Source: an uncultured Gemmatimonas sp.
GTDB lineage: Bacteria; Gemmatimonadota; Gemmatimonadetes; Gemmatimonadales; GWC2-71-9
Assembly: GCA_964649225.1 (NCBI GenBank)
Contig: CAZYPO010000002.1
Coordinates: 48,384 to 102,671, forward strand
Length of the DNA: 54,288 nucleotides
Direction of reading: 5' to 3'
Shown here: piece by piece, positions 1 through 11,720 of the stretch
Layout: each line of letters begins with the position of its first letter
How positions within the stretch are numbered: position 1 is the stretch's first letter
Notes under the pieces: generated by a model
Told to the model about the DNA's origin: nothing
What the model saw: only the letters and a program-made list of their open reading frames with translations
Database searches by the model: none
Translations under genes and position numbers: made by a program

Positions 1-248
1 TCGAGCCGGGCGTGAACCGCCTGATCCACCTCCTCACCCAGCCCCTGCGCCGCGACCGCGGCCTCCTGCGTGCCGGGACCGATCAGCCACGCAGCCCGCG
101 CTGCGTTGCAGCGAAGAATCCATTCGAGCAGCGGCGGACCGTCCGAGGGAAGCGGCAAGGGTCGCCGCACCAGGCGGGGATGGCGGCCCAGCCACAGTCC
201 GACACCCAGTCCAGCGGCCGCCGCAAACGCAATCCAGATGATCGTCAC
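1..248 (-). CDS. 5' part of a membrane-anchored protein running off the window (not in the ORF track)
   Basis: Manual translation from GTG at 248 gives MTIIWIAFAAAAGLGVGLWLGRHPRLVRR...LLEWILRCNAARAAWLIG..., open to base 1. It has an N-terminal hydrophobic helix followed by basic residues and starts 16 bp after the dusB stop on the same strand. Confidence 0.6.
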   Translation of the reverse strand, partial: MTIIWIAFAAAAGLGVGLWLGRHPRLVRRPLPLPSDGPPLLEWILRCNAARAAWLIGPGTQEAAVAAQGLGEEVDQAVHARL

Positions 249-264
249 GGCGGCGCGATGCGAG

Positions 265-1248
265 TCAGGCGGCCTGGACCGCGGGCTCGAGGTAAGCGCG
301 GAAGATCATCTCGGCTTCGACCATCGACTCGACCTGGAAAAGCTGCTCGCGGAGTTGGGAAGCGCCCGGCAATCCCTTGGTGTACCAGCCAAGATGTTTG
401 CGGAACTCGATCACGGTTTTGCGGGAATCCCCCTGCAGCCGGAGGGCCAGCTGGGCGTGCTCCGCCGCTACTGCGAATCGCTCGGCGGCATCGGGAGGGG
501 TCGGCAGGGGAGCGCCGGACAGCAGGGCGCGGCCGTCACGGAAGATCCAGGGATTCCCAAAGGAGCCCCGGCCCACCATGATCGCCGCGCACCCCGTGTG
601 GCGCTGCATCCGGAAGATGTCGGCGCCGTTGCTCACGTCTCCGTTGCCGACCACCGGCATCTCGAGCGCCTCCACCACCCGGGCGATCTCGTCCCAATCG
701 GCGCGCCCGCTGAACATTTGAGTTCGGGTTCGCGCGTGCAGGGTGAAACCGCGCGCCCCCGCGTCCTGCATACGCAGCGCGATGCCGATGGGATCGCGGT
801 CGGCTTCGCTCCAACCGCTGCGCGTCTTGACGGTCACCGGCAGATGGGTCGCCCCCACCACCGCGCGGATGATCCGCTCGACCAGATCCAGATCGCGCAG
901 GCAGCCGGAGCCGCCATTCCGCTGCACCACCTTCTTGACCGGGCAACCGAAGTTGATGTCGATGAATTCGGGCTCGTACATTTCGGTGACGATCGCGGCC
1001 GCGCGGGCCATCGCGTCGGCATCGGCGCCGTAGATCTGCACGCCGATCGGTCGTTCCACCGGCTCGAACTCGCACCCTTCGAGGGTCTTGCGAATGCCCC
1101 GCCGGATGGCCTCGGCGGAGAGGAACTCCGTCATCAGGATGTCCGCACCGTAGCGCCGACAGATCTGTCGGAACGGTGGCTCCGAGACCCCGGCCATGGG
1201 AGCCAGGATCAGGGGAACCTCAGGTCCGGAGCAAAAGGGTAACCACAT
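265..1248 (-). CDS. dusB: tRNA-dihydrouridine synthase B
   Basis: LAPMAGV, QIYG, IDINFGCPVKKV (catalytic Cys), VTVKTR, LHARTR, GNGD and MVGRG motifs. Confidence 0.93.
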   Translation of the reverse strand: MWLPFCSGPEVPLILAPMAGVSEPPFRQICRRYGADILMTEFLSAEAIRRGIRKTLEGCEFEPVERPIGVQIYGADADAMARAAAIVTEMYEPEFIDINFGCPVKKVVQRNGGSGCLRDLDLVERIIRAVVGATHLPVTVKTRSGWSEADRDPIGIALRMQDAGARGFTLHARTRTQMFSGRADWDEIARVVEALEMPVVGNGDVSNGADIFRMQRHTGCAAIMVGRGSFGNPWIFRDGRALLSGAPLPTPPDAAERFAVAAEHAQLALRLQGDSRKTVIEFRKHLGWYTKGLPGASQLREQLFQVESMVEAEMIFRAYLEPAVQAA

Positions 1249-1254
1249 AAAGGA

Positions 1255-1283
1255 AAGGTATTTGGCGCGGTGGCGGGGGGCAA
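1255..1283 (-). promoter_or_regulatory. sigma70-type promoter of dusB, probably leaderless
   Basis: Minus strand reads TTGCCC-N17-TACCTT-N6-ATG(1248), with no Shine-Dalgarno. Confidence 0.6.
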
Positions 1284-1306
1284 CGCGGCAGAGTTAGACT
1301 TGTCCC

Positions 1307-1762
1307 GTGATCCGACTCCGGGACTTTCTCGAGCCGTCCGCGGTATCGCTTTCGCTCTCGGCCCCCAGCAAGGAGGCCGCGCTCGACGAGCTGGTGGGTC
1401 TGTTGCATCTCGACGAGCCTTCCGCGCAGCAGCTGACCCTGCTCCTCAAGCGCCGGGAGCTGCTCGGGTCGACCGGAGTAGGCAAAGGCATCGCGATTCC
1501 CCATTGCCGCTCGCTTTCCCTGGATCGGCTCAGGCTTGGCTTCGGAGTGCATCCCGCGGGGTTGGAGTATGACTCGGTGGACGGTCGCCCGGTGCACGCG
1601 TTCTTCCTGATCGTGGCCCCGCCGAACGAAATCTCCAACCAGTATCTGCCGGTGCTCGGGAAGATCGCGCAATTCGCCCAGGCGCCCGAGATTCCGGAAC
1701 AGCTCAAGCAGCTTCCCTCGGTCGAGGCGCTGTTTGAGCTGTTCGACCAGAAGGGGGTGTGA
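1307..1762 (+). CDS. PTS EIIA domain protein (PtsN/Fru-type EIIA)
   Basis: RRELLGSTGVGKGIAIPHCR with the phosphorylatable His, plus DGRPVHAFFLIVAP. GTG start is preceded by TAGACT-N6. Confidence 0.88.
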   Translation: MIRLRDFLEPSAVSLSLSAPSKEAALDELVGLLHLDEPSAQQLTLLLKRRELLGSTGVGKGIAIPHCRSLSLDRLRLGFGVHPAGLEYDSVDGRPVHAFFLIVAPPNEISNQYLPVLGKIAQFAQAPEIPEQLKQLPSVEALFELFDQKGV

Positions 1763-1771
1763 ATTCTTGCC

Positions 1772-2608
1772 ATGGCGCGAGTTTGCCTGATCCATTGGCA
1801 CCCTGACGAGGCCGCGGCGCACGCCAAGACCCTGCGGAAGCTTGGGCACGTGGTGGCCTACGATCCGATTGCCGCTCCGGAAGCATTCAAGCGAGTCCGC
1901 CAAAACCCACCCGAACTGTTCTTGATTTGCCTCGACCGGTTGCCGAGTCACGGGCGGGAGACCGCGGGAGCCCTGCGGGAGTTCAAGTCGACCCACGCGA
2001 CCCCGATCCTGTTCGTAGGCGGCTTGCCCGAGAAAGTCGCGCGGGTAAGGGAGTCGCTGCCGGGTGCCGCCTTCACCAACTGGAAGGGCGTTGGCGCGGC
2101 GATCAAGCGGGCCATTGCCCATCCACCCAGCCTGGCGGCGCTGCCCGATTCACGCTTCGCGGGTTATTCCGGCACTCCGCTCCCCCGGAAGCTCGGCATC
2201 GCCGAAGGGCGGGCCGTCGCACTGGCCAATGCGCCTGCCGATTTCGCCGCCACGCTGGGTCCCCTGCCCGCGGGGGCCACGCTCCACGCGAACCCGCGGG
2301 GCAAGCGGGATCTGACCGTCTGGTTCGTCCGCTCCCTCAAGGAGCTCCGTTCCGCGATGCCGCGGATGGTGGCGGCTTCGCGCCAGGGCGGCGTGTGGAT
2401 CGCCTGGCCCAAGAAAGCGTCAGGGATGCCCACCGATGTTTCGGAGACGGAAATCCGCGCGGTAGGCTTGGCGGCCGGATTGGTGGATCACAAGATCTGT
2501 GCGATCGACGCCACCTGGTCGGGACTCCGCTTTGCGCTGCGGAAAACCCCTACTCCCATTCGATCGTCGCCGGCGGCTTCGAGCTCACGTCGTACACCAC
2601 GCGGTTGA
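1772..2608 (+). CDS. pseudo-receiver domain fused to a DUF3052-like domain
   Basis: C-terminal half has [14 protein letters not shown]...[10 protein letters not shown]...[19 protein letters not shown] (DUF3052-like). N-terminal ~115 aa follows the receiver pattern ([14 protein letters not shown]...LR...T..TPILFV) without the acidic pocket. Confidence 0.72.
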   Translation: MARVCLIHWHPDEAAAHAKTLRKLGHVVAYDPIAAPEAFKRVRQNPPELFLICLDRLPSHGRETAGALREFKSTHATPILFVGGLPEKVARVRESLPGAAFTNWKGVGAAIKRAIAHPPSLAALPDSRFAGYSGTPLPRKLGIAEGRAVALANAPADFAATLGPLPAGATLHANPRGKRDLTVWFVRSLKELRSAMPRMVAASRQGGVWIAWPKKASGMPTDVSETEIRAVGLAAGLVDHKICAIDATWSGLRFALRKTPTPIRSSPAASSSRRTPRG

Positions 2609-4103
2609 CTCCCTTTACCTCGTTGGCAATCCGGCTCGAGATGTGGCCCAGCACATCGGGTGGAAAGGGGAACCAGTCGGCCGTCATCCCGTCGCGGCTG
2701 GTCACCGCGCGGAGGGCCACCGCCTGGTCGTAGGTGCGGAAGTCGCCCTGCACCCCGACCGACCGGATGGGCAGCAGCACCGCAAAGGCCTGCCAGATTT
2801 CATTGTAGAGTCCCGCCGCGCGAATCTCCTCGATGTAGATGGCGTCCACTTGGCGGAGCAGGTCGAGCGCCGGGCGCGTCACTTCGCCCAGGATCCGGAT
2901 CGCGAGCCCCGGTCCCGGGAACGGATGCCGCCCCACGATCTCTTCCGGCAGGCCGAGCTCCCGCCCCACCTGCCTCACCTCATCCTTGAACAGCTCGCGC
3001 AACGGCTCGATCAGCTTGAACGGGAGCCGCTCAGGCAGGCCGCCCACGTTGTGATGGGTCTTGATGGTCACCGAGGGCCCGCCCCTCGGCGAAAACGATT
3101 CGATCACGTCGGGGTACAGCGTCCCCTGCACCAGGTAGCCGACGTCTCCCGTGACCGACTTGGCCTCCTGCGCAAAGACCTCGATGAACTCGTTCCCGAT
3201 GATCCGCCGCTTCTGCTCCGGATCGCCGACCCCGGCGAGCCTGGCCAGGAAGCGCTCGCTGGCGTCCACCACCCGCAGATCGATTCCCAGGTGGCGCCGG
3301 AAAGTCCGCTCCACCTGGTCCCGCTCGTGCAGCCGCAGCAGCCCGTGGTCGACGAAGATGCAGGTGAGCCGGTTGTCCACCGCGCGATGGACCAGCGCCG
3401 CCGCCACCGCCGAGTCGACCCCCCCGGAAAGTCCGCAGATCACCCGCGCGACGGGGCCCGTTTGGCGGAGAATTCGGGCCGTTTCGTTCTCGATGAAATG
3501 CCCCGCGGTCCAGTCGGCACGGCAGCCGCACACGTCGAACAGAAAGCTCGCGATGATCTCCCCCCCGCGCGGGGTGTGGGCCACCTCGGGGTGGAACTGC
3601 ACCGCGAAGATCGGCTTGCGGCGATGCTCGAACCCGGCCACCGGGCTGTTGGCGCTCGCTGCCGTCGCGACGAATCCCTCGGGGAGCGCGTCGACGTGAT
3701 CCCCGTGGCTCATCCAGACCTGGATCTCTTCGCCCGGGGTGAAGCCCTGGAACAGGCGGCCACCCAGCACCCGCACCAGCGCCCTGCCGTACTCTTTGCG
3801 GGAAGCACTCACCACCCGAGCGCCCGCCAGATGGGCGATCAGCTGCATTCCGTAACACAGCCCCAGCACCGGCACGCCGAGCTCGAGCAGCTGCTTGGGG
3901 GCGAGGGGAGCCCCCTCGTCATAGACCGAATTGGGGCCGCCGGAGAGGATGATGCCTTTCGGCTTCCACTCCCGGATCCAGCTCAGCGAGCGGCTCGCGG
4001 GGTGAATCTCCGAGTAGACGTGCGCTTCGCGGATCCGCCGCGCGATCAGTTGGGTGAACTGCGAGCCGTAGTCGAGGATCAGGATGCCGGGATGGTGGTT
4101 CAC
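2550..4103 (-). CDS. guaA: GMP synthase (glutamine-hydrolysing)
   Basis: [52 protein letters not shown]. Start placed at GTG 4103, which overlaps the lysA TGA (GTGA). Confidence 0.97.
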   Translation of the reverse strand: MNHHPGILILDYGSQFTQLIARRIREAHVYSEIHPASRSLSWIREWKPKGIILSGGPNSVYDEGAPLAPKQLLELGVPVLGLCYGMQLIAHLAGARVVSASRKEYGRALVRVLGGRLFQGFTPGEEIQVWMSHGDHVDALPEGFVATAASANSPVAGFEHRRKPIFAVQFHPEVAHTPRGGEIIASFLFDVCGCRADWTAGHFIENETARILRQTGPVARVICGLSGGVDSAVAAALVHRAVDNRLTCIFVDHGLLRLHERDQVERTFRRHLGIDLRVVDASERFLARLAGVGDPEQKRRIIGNEFIEVFAQEAKSVTGDVGYLVQGTLYPDVIESFSPRGGPSVTIKTHHNVGGLPERLPFKLIEPLRELFKDEVRQVGRELGLPEEIVGRHPFPGPGLAIRILGEVTRPALDLLRQVDAIYIEEIRAAGLYNEIWQAFAVLLPIRSVGVQGDFRTYDQAVALRAVTSRDGMTADWFPFPPDVLGHISSRIANEVKGVNRVVYDVSSKPPATIEWE

Positions 4104-5404
4104 CTCTCGCTCCGCAGCAGGTCCTCGAGGGTCTCCCGCCGCCGCGCGATGCTCCAATGCTTCCCGTCTACCAGGATTTCCGGTGGCCGCGGACGCGCGT
4201 TGTAGTTGGAGCTCATCACGAAGCCGTAGGCGCCCGTCCCCAGCACCGCCAGCACGTCCCCCGCCTCGACCTCGGGCAGCGGCCGGCCGAGCGCCAGGAA
4301 GTCGCCCGATTCGCAGATCGGGCCCACGACATCCACCGGCCGCGATGGTCCTCCGCTCTGCCGCACCATCACGATCTCATGGTGCGCCTGGTAGTGACTG
4401 GGGCGCACCAGGTCGTTCATCCCCGTGTCCACCACGACGAAATGGGTACCCCCGGCGTGCTTCCGATACAGCACGCTCGCGAGCAGAATCCCCGCGCTGC
4501 CCACCAGGTAGCGCCCCGGCTCGACGTGAATCGCGAGGCCCAGCGGCGCCACGATGGGGAGCAGCGCTCCCGCCAGCATCTGCGGCGTCAGCGGCGTTTC
4601 GTCCTTGTAGCGGATGCCGAGCCCGCCGCCCAAGTCGAGCGATTCGAGCGTGTTCACGCCGGCGGCGCGCAACGCTTTCACCAATTCCGCCAGGCGCAGC
4701 GTGCCCCTCTCGAACGGGGCGGGATCCAGCACCTGGCTCCCAACGTGCATCGCGAGTCCGGACAGCCGCAGCCCTTGCTGCGCGGCGACGCGCTGGGCCG
4801 TCTCGAGAACCTGATCGGCGGGGATCCCGAATTTGGCCGCGGCCATCGCGGTGCGGGTATAGGGGTGGGTGTCGACCGTGACGTCCGGGTTGACCCGAAT
4901 GCCGACTCGGATGGCGGGGCCGTCGTGGCGCGTCGCCAGCGCGGCGAGCGCCTCGAGCTCTTCCAGCGATTCGATGTTGATCTGCCCCACCCGCGCCGCG
5001 ATGGCCGCGGCCAGCTCGTCGCCGCGCTTCCCGACGCCACTGAAGACGAGCTCCGCCGGGTCGAACCCCGCCGCCAGTGCCCGTTGCAGCTCACCGCGCG
5101 AGACGATGTCACAACCGGCCCCCAGCTCGCGCAGCAACCGGAGCACCTCCAGGCAGCTGTTGGCCTTGACGGCGTAACAGATGCGGTGCGCGATGGGGCT
5201 GAGGGCTTCGCTGAGCTCCACGAATCGCGCGCGGATGGCCGCCGCGTGGTAAACGTAGGCCGGCGTCCCCGCCTCCCGTGCAATCTCCTCCAGGGACACT
5301 CCTCCCAGCAGCAGCGTCCCGTCGCTCCGCCGCGACAGCCCGGCATCGTCGAAGAGCGCCGACTGCCGGTCGTCCTGTCCGACTGTCAATACGCCTTCCC
5401 CCAT
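4100..5404 (-). CDS. lysA: diaminopimelate decarboxylase
   Basis: YAVKAN (PLP Lys), [51 protein letters not shown]. Confidence 0.95.
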   Translation of the reverse strand: MGEGVLTVGQDDRQSALFDDAGLSRRSDGTLLLGGVSLEEIAREAGTPAYVYHAAAIRARFVELSEALSPIAHRICYAVKANSCLEVLRLLRELGAGCDIVSRGELQRALAAGFDPAELVFSGVGKRGDELAAAIAARVGQINIESLEELEALAALATRHDGPAIRVGIRVNPDVTVDTHPYTRTAMAAAKFGIPADQVLETAQRVAAQQGLRLSGLAMHVGSQVLDPAPFERGTLRLAELVKALRAAGVNTLESLDLGGGLGIRYKDETPLTPQMLAGALLPIVAPLGLAIHVEPGRYLVGSAGILLASVLYRKHAGGTHFVVVDTGMNDLVRPSHYQAHHEIVMVRQSGGPSRPVDVVGPICESGDFLALGRPLPEVEAGDVLAVLGTGAYGFVMSSNYNARPRPPEILVDGKHWSIARRRETLEDLLRSER

Positions 5405-6837
5405 ACCACCTCGGCGGTCGCGGGTCTGCCGGTCCAGATACAGGTCGTGGGCGCTTTCGGCGAGCGGAACTCTGCATCCGGAATCACCCGGATCGTCGCC
5501 TTGGTCTGCTCCTTGATCTCCGCCTCCACCGCCGGATCACCGCACCAGCCCGCATAGACGAAGCCGCCGTTCCCTTCGATGAAGTCGATGAACTCCTGTT
5601 TGGATTTGGGTCCGCGCAGCGAGTTCTGCTCGCGCCGCGCGCGGGCCGCTTCGAGCAGCGCGCTCTGCATCCGATCCATCTCGGCGGTGAGCCGCGCCGC
5701 CAATCCGGCCATCGGGAGCGGCTCCTTGGGTCCCCCGGTCCGGCGAGCCAGCATGACGGACTGGTTGCCCAGATCCCGGGGACCCAGCTCGAGCCGCAGC
5801 GGGACGCCCCGCCCTTCCCACTCGTAGTATTTGGCCCCTGGTTTCATTCCGTCACGCAGATCGATATGGACTCGCTGACCCGCCGCGCGCAGCTCGGCGG
5901 CGATCCGGTGCGCGGCCTCGGCCACGAGCGAATGCTCCTCCTCGCTCTTCCAGATCGGCACGATCACCACTTGCCATTGCGCGAGCCGCGGTGGGCAGAC
6001 CATTCCGCTGTCGTCGCCATGGGTCATGATGAGCCCGCCGACCAGCCGGGTCGACACACCCCACGAGGTGCTCCAGACGTGATCGAGTCCCCCTTCCGCG
6101 GTCTGGAACGTGACGTCGAATGCCTTGGCGAAATTCTGCCCCAGATGATGGCTGGTGCCCGCCTGCAGGCCCTTGTTGTCCTGCATCATGGCCTCGAGCG
6201 CATAGGTGCGCACCGCCCCCGCGAATTTCTCGCTCTCGGTCTTGGCGCCCGTCAGCACCGGCATCGCCATCCATTCCTCCATGAAGCGGCGATACAACCC
6301 GAGGATCATCCGGGCCTCCACCTCCGCCTCCTGCTCGGTGGCGTGCGCCGTATGACCCTCCTGCCAGAGGAATTCCGTCGTGCGCAGGAAGAGCCGGGTG
6401 CGCAGCTCCCAGCGCACCACGTTGCACCACTGATTGATCAGGAGCGGCAGATCACGCCAGCTCTGGATCCACTTGGAGAACATCGCGTAGATGATGGTCT
6501 CCGAGGTGGGCCGCACCACCAGCGGTTCCTCCAGCTCCTTGCCGCCCCCGTGCGTCACCACCGCGGTCTCCGGCGCGAAGCCCTCGACGTGCTCCGCTTC
6601 CTTGGAGAGGAAGCTCTGCGGGATGAAGAGCGGGAAATAGGCGTTCTGGTGGCCGGTCTCCTTGAACATGCGGTCCAGCGCGGCCGTCATCTGCTCCCAG
6701 ATGGCGTAGCCGTTGGGCCGGATGACCATGCAGCCGCGCACCGGGCTGTAGTCCGCCAGCTCGGCGCGCATGATGACCTCGTTGTACCAGGCGCTGAAGT
6801 CCTGGGCTCGAGGAGTTAGCGCTTTGGTGTCAGCCAT
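5386..6837 (-). CDS. proS: prolyl-tRNA synthetase (short archaeal/eukaryal-type form)
   Basis: [56 protein letters not shown]-terminal KAY. Confidence 0.96.
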   Translation of the reverse strand: MADTKALTPRAQDFSAWYNEVIMRAELADYSPVRGCMVIRPNGYAIWEQMTAALDRMFKETGHQNAYFPLFIPQSFLSKEAEHVEGFAPETAVVTHGGGKELEEPLVVRPTSETIIYAMFSKWIQSWRDLPLLINQWCNVVRWELRTRLFLRTTEFLWQEGHTAHATEQEAEVEARMILGLYRRFMEEWMAMPVLTGAKTESEKFAGAVRTYALEAMMQDNKGLQAGTSHHLGQNFAKAFDVTFQTAEGGLDHVWSTSWGVSTRLVGGLIMTHGDDSGMVCPPRLAQWQVVIVPIWKSEEEHSLVAEAAHRIAAELRAAGQRVHIDLRDGMKPGAKYYEWEGRGVPLRLELGPRDLGNQSVMLARRTGGPKEPLPMAGLAARLTAEMDRMQSALLEAARARREQNSLRGPKSKQEFIDFIEGNGGFVYAGWCGDPAVEAEIKEQTKATIRVIPDAEFRSPKAPTTCIWTGRPATAEVVWGKAY

Positions 6838-8131
6838 GGTCCGGAGCCTTGAGCGCCGCGCGGAGCTCGTCGCCGAGCCGCACCAGCCTCACTTCGCGTT
6901 GCGATCCGTCGCGCAGGTTCTTGAGCACCGCCATGCCGCGGGCCCGCTCGTCGGGGCCCAGCAGCAGGACAAAGCGCGCCCCCCGGGCGTCCGCGAGCTT
7001 GAGTTGCTTCCCTACCTTGTCGCTGCCGAGCGCGTATTCGACCCGGAAATCCTTCTCCCGGAGCTCGTGCGCGAGGCGCAACAGCGTCGGGCGGTCCTCC
7101 GGCGTGGCGCCGACCAGAAACGTGTCCGTGCTGGCCGCAGCGGCCGGGGCCAGCCCCCGCTCCTTGAGCAGCTCGCCCAGGACCACGTCCCCCATCCCGA
7201 AGCCGAGCGCCGGCAGATCCACTCCGCCGACGCGCTGCAAGAGGTCGTCGTAGCGGCCGCCGCCGCAGATGGCGCGGAGCGAGCGTTGCGCGTCGAACAG
7301 CTCGAAGACGGTGCCGGTGTAATAGGCCAGTCCACGCACGATCGTCAGATCGAGGTCGATGAAGTCGCCGAGCCCCATCGCCTCCAGCGCGGCCACACAC
7401 TCGCGCAGCGGAGTGGCGGCGCCCGCCGTCATCGGAAACCGCTCCTCGAGGTCGGCCCAGCTGTGAATCTCCGGCAGGGACTCGATGGCCTGGAGGGCCG
7501 CCGCCGGAGCCCCCGCCGCCTCGAGCGCGCCGCGGCGTGGGCCGTACTCGGACCGGCCCAGTTTGTCGATCGCGTGGAAGGCCAGGTCCTGCCGCGCCGC
7601 GCCGATGCCGGTTTCTTCCAGCAGCACCGTCAGCATGCGCCTATCGGACACCCGCACCCGGATGTCGGCCGGGCCCAGGCCGAGTGCGCGCATCACGTCG
7701 ATCGCCAGCGCGATGATCTCGGCATCGCCCAGCGGACCCGCCTCACCGATCAGGTCACAGTTGAGCTGGAAATGCTCGCGGAGGCGGCCCCGCTGCTGGC
7801 GCTCATAGCGGAAGAGCTGCGGAATCGAGAACCAGCGAATCGGCTTCTTGAGTCCGTTGGCGCGTTCGGCCACCATGCGCGCCAGGGTCGGCGTCATTTC
7901 GGGGCGCAGCGCGACCGCCCGGCCACCCTTGTCGGTGAAGCTGTAGAGCTGGGCGACGAGTTCCTCGCCGCTCTTGTCGGAATAGAGCTCCAGCGGCTCG
8001 AGCGGCGGCCCGTCGTACTCCTCGAAGGCGTAGCGCCGAGCCACCCGGCGCATCGCATCGAACAGGTGGGCCCTGAGGGCAAGCTCCTCGGGAAAGAAGT
8101 CCCGGAAGCCGGGGAGCGACTGGGGTGGCAT
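6830..8131 (-). CDS. hisS: histidyl-tRNA synthetase
   Basis: [49 protein letters not shown] and a C-terminal anticodon-binding domain. Confidence 0.95.
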   Translation of the reverse strand: MPPQSLPGFRDFFPEELALRAHLFDAMRRVARRYAFEEYDGPPLEPLELYSDKSGEELVAQLYSFTDKGGRAVALRPEMTPTLARMVAERANGLKKPIRWFSIPQLFRYERQQRGRLREHFQLNCDLIGEAGPLGDAEIIALAIDVMRALGLGPADIRVRVSDRRMLTVLLEETGIGAARQDLAFHAIDKLGRSEYGPRRGALEAAGAPAAALQAIESLPEIHSWADLEERFPMTAGAATPLRECVAALEAMGLGDFIDLDLTIVRGLAYYTGTVFELFDAQRSLRAICGGGRYDDLLQRVGGVDLPALGFGMGDVVLGELLKERGLAPAAAASTDTFLVGATPEDRPTLLRLAHELREKDFRVEYALGSDKVGKQLKLADARGARFVLLLGPDERARGMAVLKNLRDGSQREVRLVRLGDELRAALKAPDHG

Positions 8132-8154
8132 CGGGCAAAGATAAGCGATCGCGC

Positions 8155-9441
8155 CTATCCCTTCCGCAACCGGTACCCCCTCACGTGCTCGACCCCCTCC
8201 TCATCCTTCCATACCCCGTAGATCACGTCCGGCCCGATGAACGTCGCCCGAAAATTCGCGGGCATGCTGACCACGCCCAGCCAGCGACCGGTCGAATCCA
8301 CCACGGCGTAGCGCGGCGCCTTGACCACCGGAGACATCGCTTCCTGCGCCCAGACGTTGCCATCCTCGTCGCTGAGCAGGCTCGCGAAAAACGGGAACGT
8401 GGTCGGATACTTGGCTTCCGAAATCCGCGCGGTGAACTGCTTCTTCAGCCCTTCGGGCAGGCTGCGGATCTGCGGCAGGGCTTCCATCGCTTCCAGCTGT
8501 TCCTTGCGATGGGCCGCGACGTCGGAAGCAGTGATGCGGGTCGGCTCCGCCGGACTCCGCGCCAGGACCTGCAGTGCGCCGTCGAGTCCGCGGATCTCGA
8601 TCTCCCAGGCTTTGTTCTGGACGACGAACACCCGGTTCTTTCCGACGGCGAGCGCGGTCTGCTTGCCGAGCGGCACCGGGGAGGGCGCCGAGACGGTTTG
8701 CGGCCCGAACCTCATCGTGATCTGTTCCATCTCCGCGCCCGGGAACCGGCCGAGGGTGTCTTTCACCACCCCGTCGGCGCCGTAATGGATCACGCTCATG
8801 CTGTCGCGATACACCCCCGACCGCGGCTGATTGATCGTAAAGGTCTGAGAGACGCCGACCACCGAGCCATCCGCGAACAATCCGGTGGGAATCGCAAAGT
8901 CCACCTTCCCGTTCGTGGGCACCATCTGGCCGCCTTGCGCGCCCAGCGAGAAGGAGCGGCCGACATTCGCGTCTCCATCGAGCACCGTGAGCCTGCGCAC
9001 CAGCAGGTCGGCCACCCAGAGCGAATCCCCGGGCCCCCGCCACAAGCCGACGATTTGCTGATACTCTCCCGGTCCGCTCCCGCTCCGCCCGTGGGAGCGG
9101 AGGTGCTTGCCTCCGGAGTCATAGAGCCGGACCTCGCTGGTCGTCGCGTTGGCGATCACCAGGCGACCGTCTCCCATCCGGACCGGACCGCGCACCTGAT
9201 CCAGCTCGTATGCCGGATCGCCGCCCTTGGCGCCGATGTCCACCAGTGGACTGTCGACCACCTTCCAGCCCTGGCCCGCCGCCCAGGCGGGACCGGCGTT
9301 CTCGACGATCTTGATCCCGGCGCTGTCGCGCGTGGCCGCGCTGCCGCTCTTCGCCCCGCCGCCGCCGCACGCGGCCGGCAGTACCGGAGTCACCGCCAAA
9401 AAAACTCGGATTACTGTCCTCACCGTGCTCACCGTCCTCAC
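8155..9441 (-). CDS. lipoprotein, probable 6-bladed beta-propeller (NHL/TolB-like)
   Basis: Signal peptide ending LPAA-C, followed by repeated blade-like segments (GRSGSGPGEYQQI, LWVAD, GNVWAQ, YAVVDSTGRWLG). Function unknown. Confidence 0.7.
   Translation of the reverse strand: MRTVSTVRTVIRVFLAVTPVLPAACGGGGAKSGSAATRDSAGIKIVENAGPAWAAGQGWKVVDSPLVDIGAKGGDPAYELDQVRGPVRMGDGRLVIANATTSEVRLYDSGGKHLRSHGRSGSGPGEYQQIVGLWRGPGDSLWVADLLVRRLTVLDGDANVGRSFSLGAQGGQMVPTNGKVDFAIPTGLFADGSVVGVSQTFTINQPRSGVYRDSMSVIHYGADGVVKDTLGRFPGAEMEQITMRFGPQTVSAPSPVPLGKQTALAVGKNRVFVVQNKAWEIEIRGLDGALQVLARSPAEPTRITASDVAAHRKEQLEAMEALPQIRSLPEGLKKQFTARISEAKYPTTFPFFASLLSDEDGNVWAQEAMSPVVKAPRYAVVDSTGRWLGVVSMPANFRATFIGPDVIYGVWKDEEGVEHVRGYRLRKG
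9411..9441. repeat. CTCACCGTS nonamer tandem repeat
   Basis: TTACTGTC-CTCACCGTG-CTCACCGTC-CTCAC, which includes the folC stop / lipoprotein start overlap. Confidence 0.75.
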
Positions 9442-10679
9442 GTTATCGAGAGTCCCAGCACGTCCATCACATCGCCCACTGTGTGGAACGATCCGGTTAC
9501 CAGCACCGTCTGCGCTCTATCCTGCACCCGCCGCAACGCCTCGGTGAAATCCGGGATCAGCTGCCAGGCCGCACGGGCCGGGGGACGCTGCGGATCTTTG
9601 AGCCAGTGGCGCAGCCACTCGAGGTCCCAGCGCCGCCCGGCCGCGCTCGGGGCGACCGTCAGGATACCGCGGTCCACGACTTGGTCGAGCCGGACCAGCA
9701 TCTCGGGCCAGGCCTTTTCGCCCAGAATCGAGACCAGCGCGTGAATCGGCCGCGGCGGAGCCAGCTCCTCTATGCTGCGACAGAGCGCCGCGATCCCATC
9801 GGGATTGTGCGCCACATCAAACAGCCACTTGCCATGGCGGTCCAGCCGCCCCGGGACCGTGACGCTCCCGAATCCTTCGCGAATGGCCTCGGGCACCGGA
9901 CGATAGGGCGCAGGCAATGCTTCCAGGACCGCCTCGGCCACCGCCGCATTCCTGCGCTGGTGCCGACCCGCCAGCGCGAGCGGACCGTGGTACTCTGCCT
10001 CGGCTGGCACCACCCGCACATCGGCCTCGGCGCCTGGCTCGATCGTTCGGACCGCGGCGCCCGCCTCGGCGCGCAGCACGGCGATGAGCTCCGGTCTCGT
10101 TTCGCCCACGATGAACGGGGCGCCCGGCTTCGCGATCCCGGCCTTCTCACGGGCGATGGCCGCGAGCGTATCACCCAGGTATTTCTGATGGTCCATCTCG
10201 ATCTTGGTGACCGCGCTGGCCAGCGGACGCACCACATTCGTGCTGTCGAGCCGACCGCCGAGCCCGACCTCGATAACCGCGACCTCCGCGCCGCGCGCCG
10301 CCAGGTCGGCGAACGCCACCGCCGTCGTCGTTTCAAAGAATGTAGCGCCCAGCCGGTCTGCAAGCGGGAGTAAGCGCTCCACCCACATCGCCGCTGCCTC
10401 CTCGCCGATCGGCCGGCCCTCCACCATGATTCGCTCCCGGAAGGAAACCAGGTGGGGCGAGGTGTAGGTCCCTACCCGCCAGCCGGCGGACCGCAACGCC
10501 GCCGCGATCAACGCGGTGACGCTGCCTTTCCCGTTGGTCCCTCCCACGTGCACCACCGGCATCACCGTGTGTGGGTCGCCCAGCTCGGCCAGCAGCGCGC
10601 GAGTCGTGTCCAGCCCGAACTTGATCTGGGTGACGCGGGCGTAGAGGTACTCGAGGGCGCCGGCGTAGCTGAGAGACAT
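9438..10679 (-). CDS. folC: folylpolyglutamate synthase / dihydrofolate synthase
   Basis: HVGGTNGKGS, YTSPHL..FRERI, TFFETTT, IEVGLGGRLDSTNV, EKAGI, DVAHNPDG. Confidence 0.94.
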   Translation of the reverse strand: MSLSYAGALEYLYARVTQIKFGLDTTRALLAELGDPHTVMPVVHVGGTNGKGSVTALIAAALRSAGWRVGTYTSPHLVSFRERIMVEGRPIGEEAAAMWVERLLPLADRLGATFFETTTAVAFADLAARGAEVAVIEVGLGGRLDSTNVVRPLASAVTKIEMDHQKYLGDTLAAIAREKAGIAKPGAPFIVGETRPELIAVLRAEAGAAVRTIEPGAEADVRVVPAEAEYHGPLALAGRHQRRNAAVAEAVLEALPAPYRPVPEAIREGFGSVTVPGRLDRHGKWLFDVAHNPDGIAALCRSIEELAPPRPIHALVSILGEKAWPEMLVRLDQVVDRGILTVAPSAAGRRWDLEWLRHWLKDPQRPPARAAWQLIPDFTEALRRVQDRAQTVLVTGSFHTVGDVMDVLGLSIT

Positions 10680-10692
10680 GAAGAGACTACGG

Positions 10693-10736
10693 CTGTTGGC
10701 GGTCAGCCGTTAGCCGTTAGCTGTAGTTGTGAGTAG

Positions 10737-10740
<4 letters not shown>
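10693..10740. repeat. degenerate heptamer array (CCGTTAG-like, about 7 units)
   Basis: CTGTTGG CGGTCAG CCGTTAG CCGTTAG CTGTAG TTGTGAG TAGTTAG between accD and folC. The last unit contains the accD TAA. Confidence 0.7.
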
Positions 10741-11606
<866 letters not shown>

Positions 11607-11720
11607 CACGGCCATAGGCTTGAGGTGAAGGACACGAAAGAGGCGTCACCGATCGGGCGCAACCGGCTCAATCTGGCGTAATCGCCAGCATCTCGCCAGA
11701 CCTTGACGCCTAAGTCGTTG

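Noticed and set aside
2521-2608. guaA 3' end as an island integration site
   Set aside because: guaA is a known hotspot, but there is no integrase, no duplicated guaA 3' sequence and no mobile genes in the window.
5386-5560. Cys-poor C-terminal domain of ProRS as a novelty
   Set aside because: Zinc-less variants of this domain are plausible ordinary variation, and I cannot show it is unusual without an alignment.
10680-10689. TAGTCT-N4-ATG before folC as a leaderless promoter
   Set aside because: The spacing is too short for a transcript starting at the ATG, and folC is plausibly read from the accD transcript.
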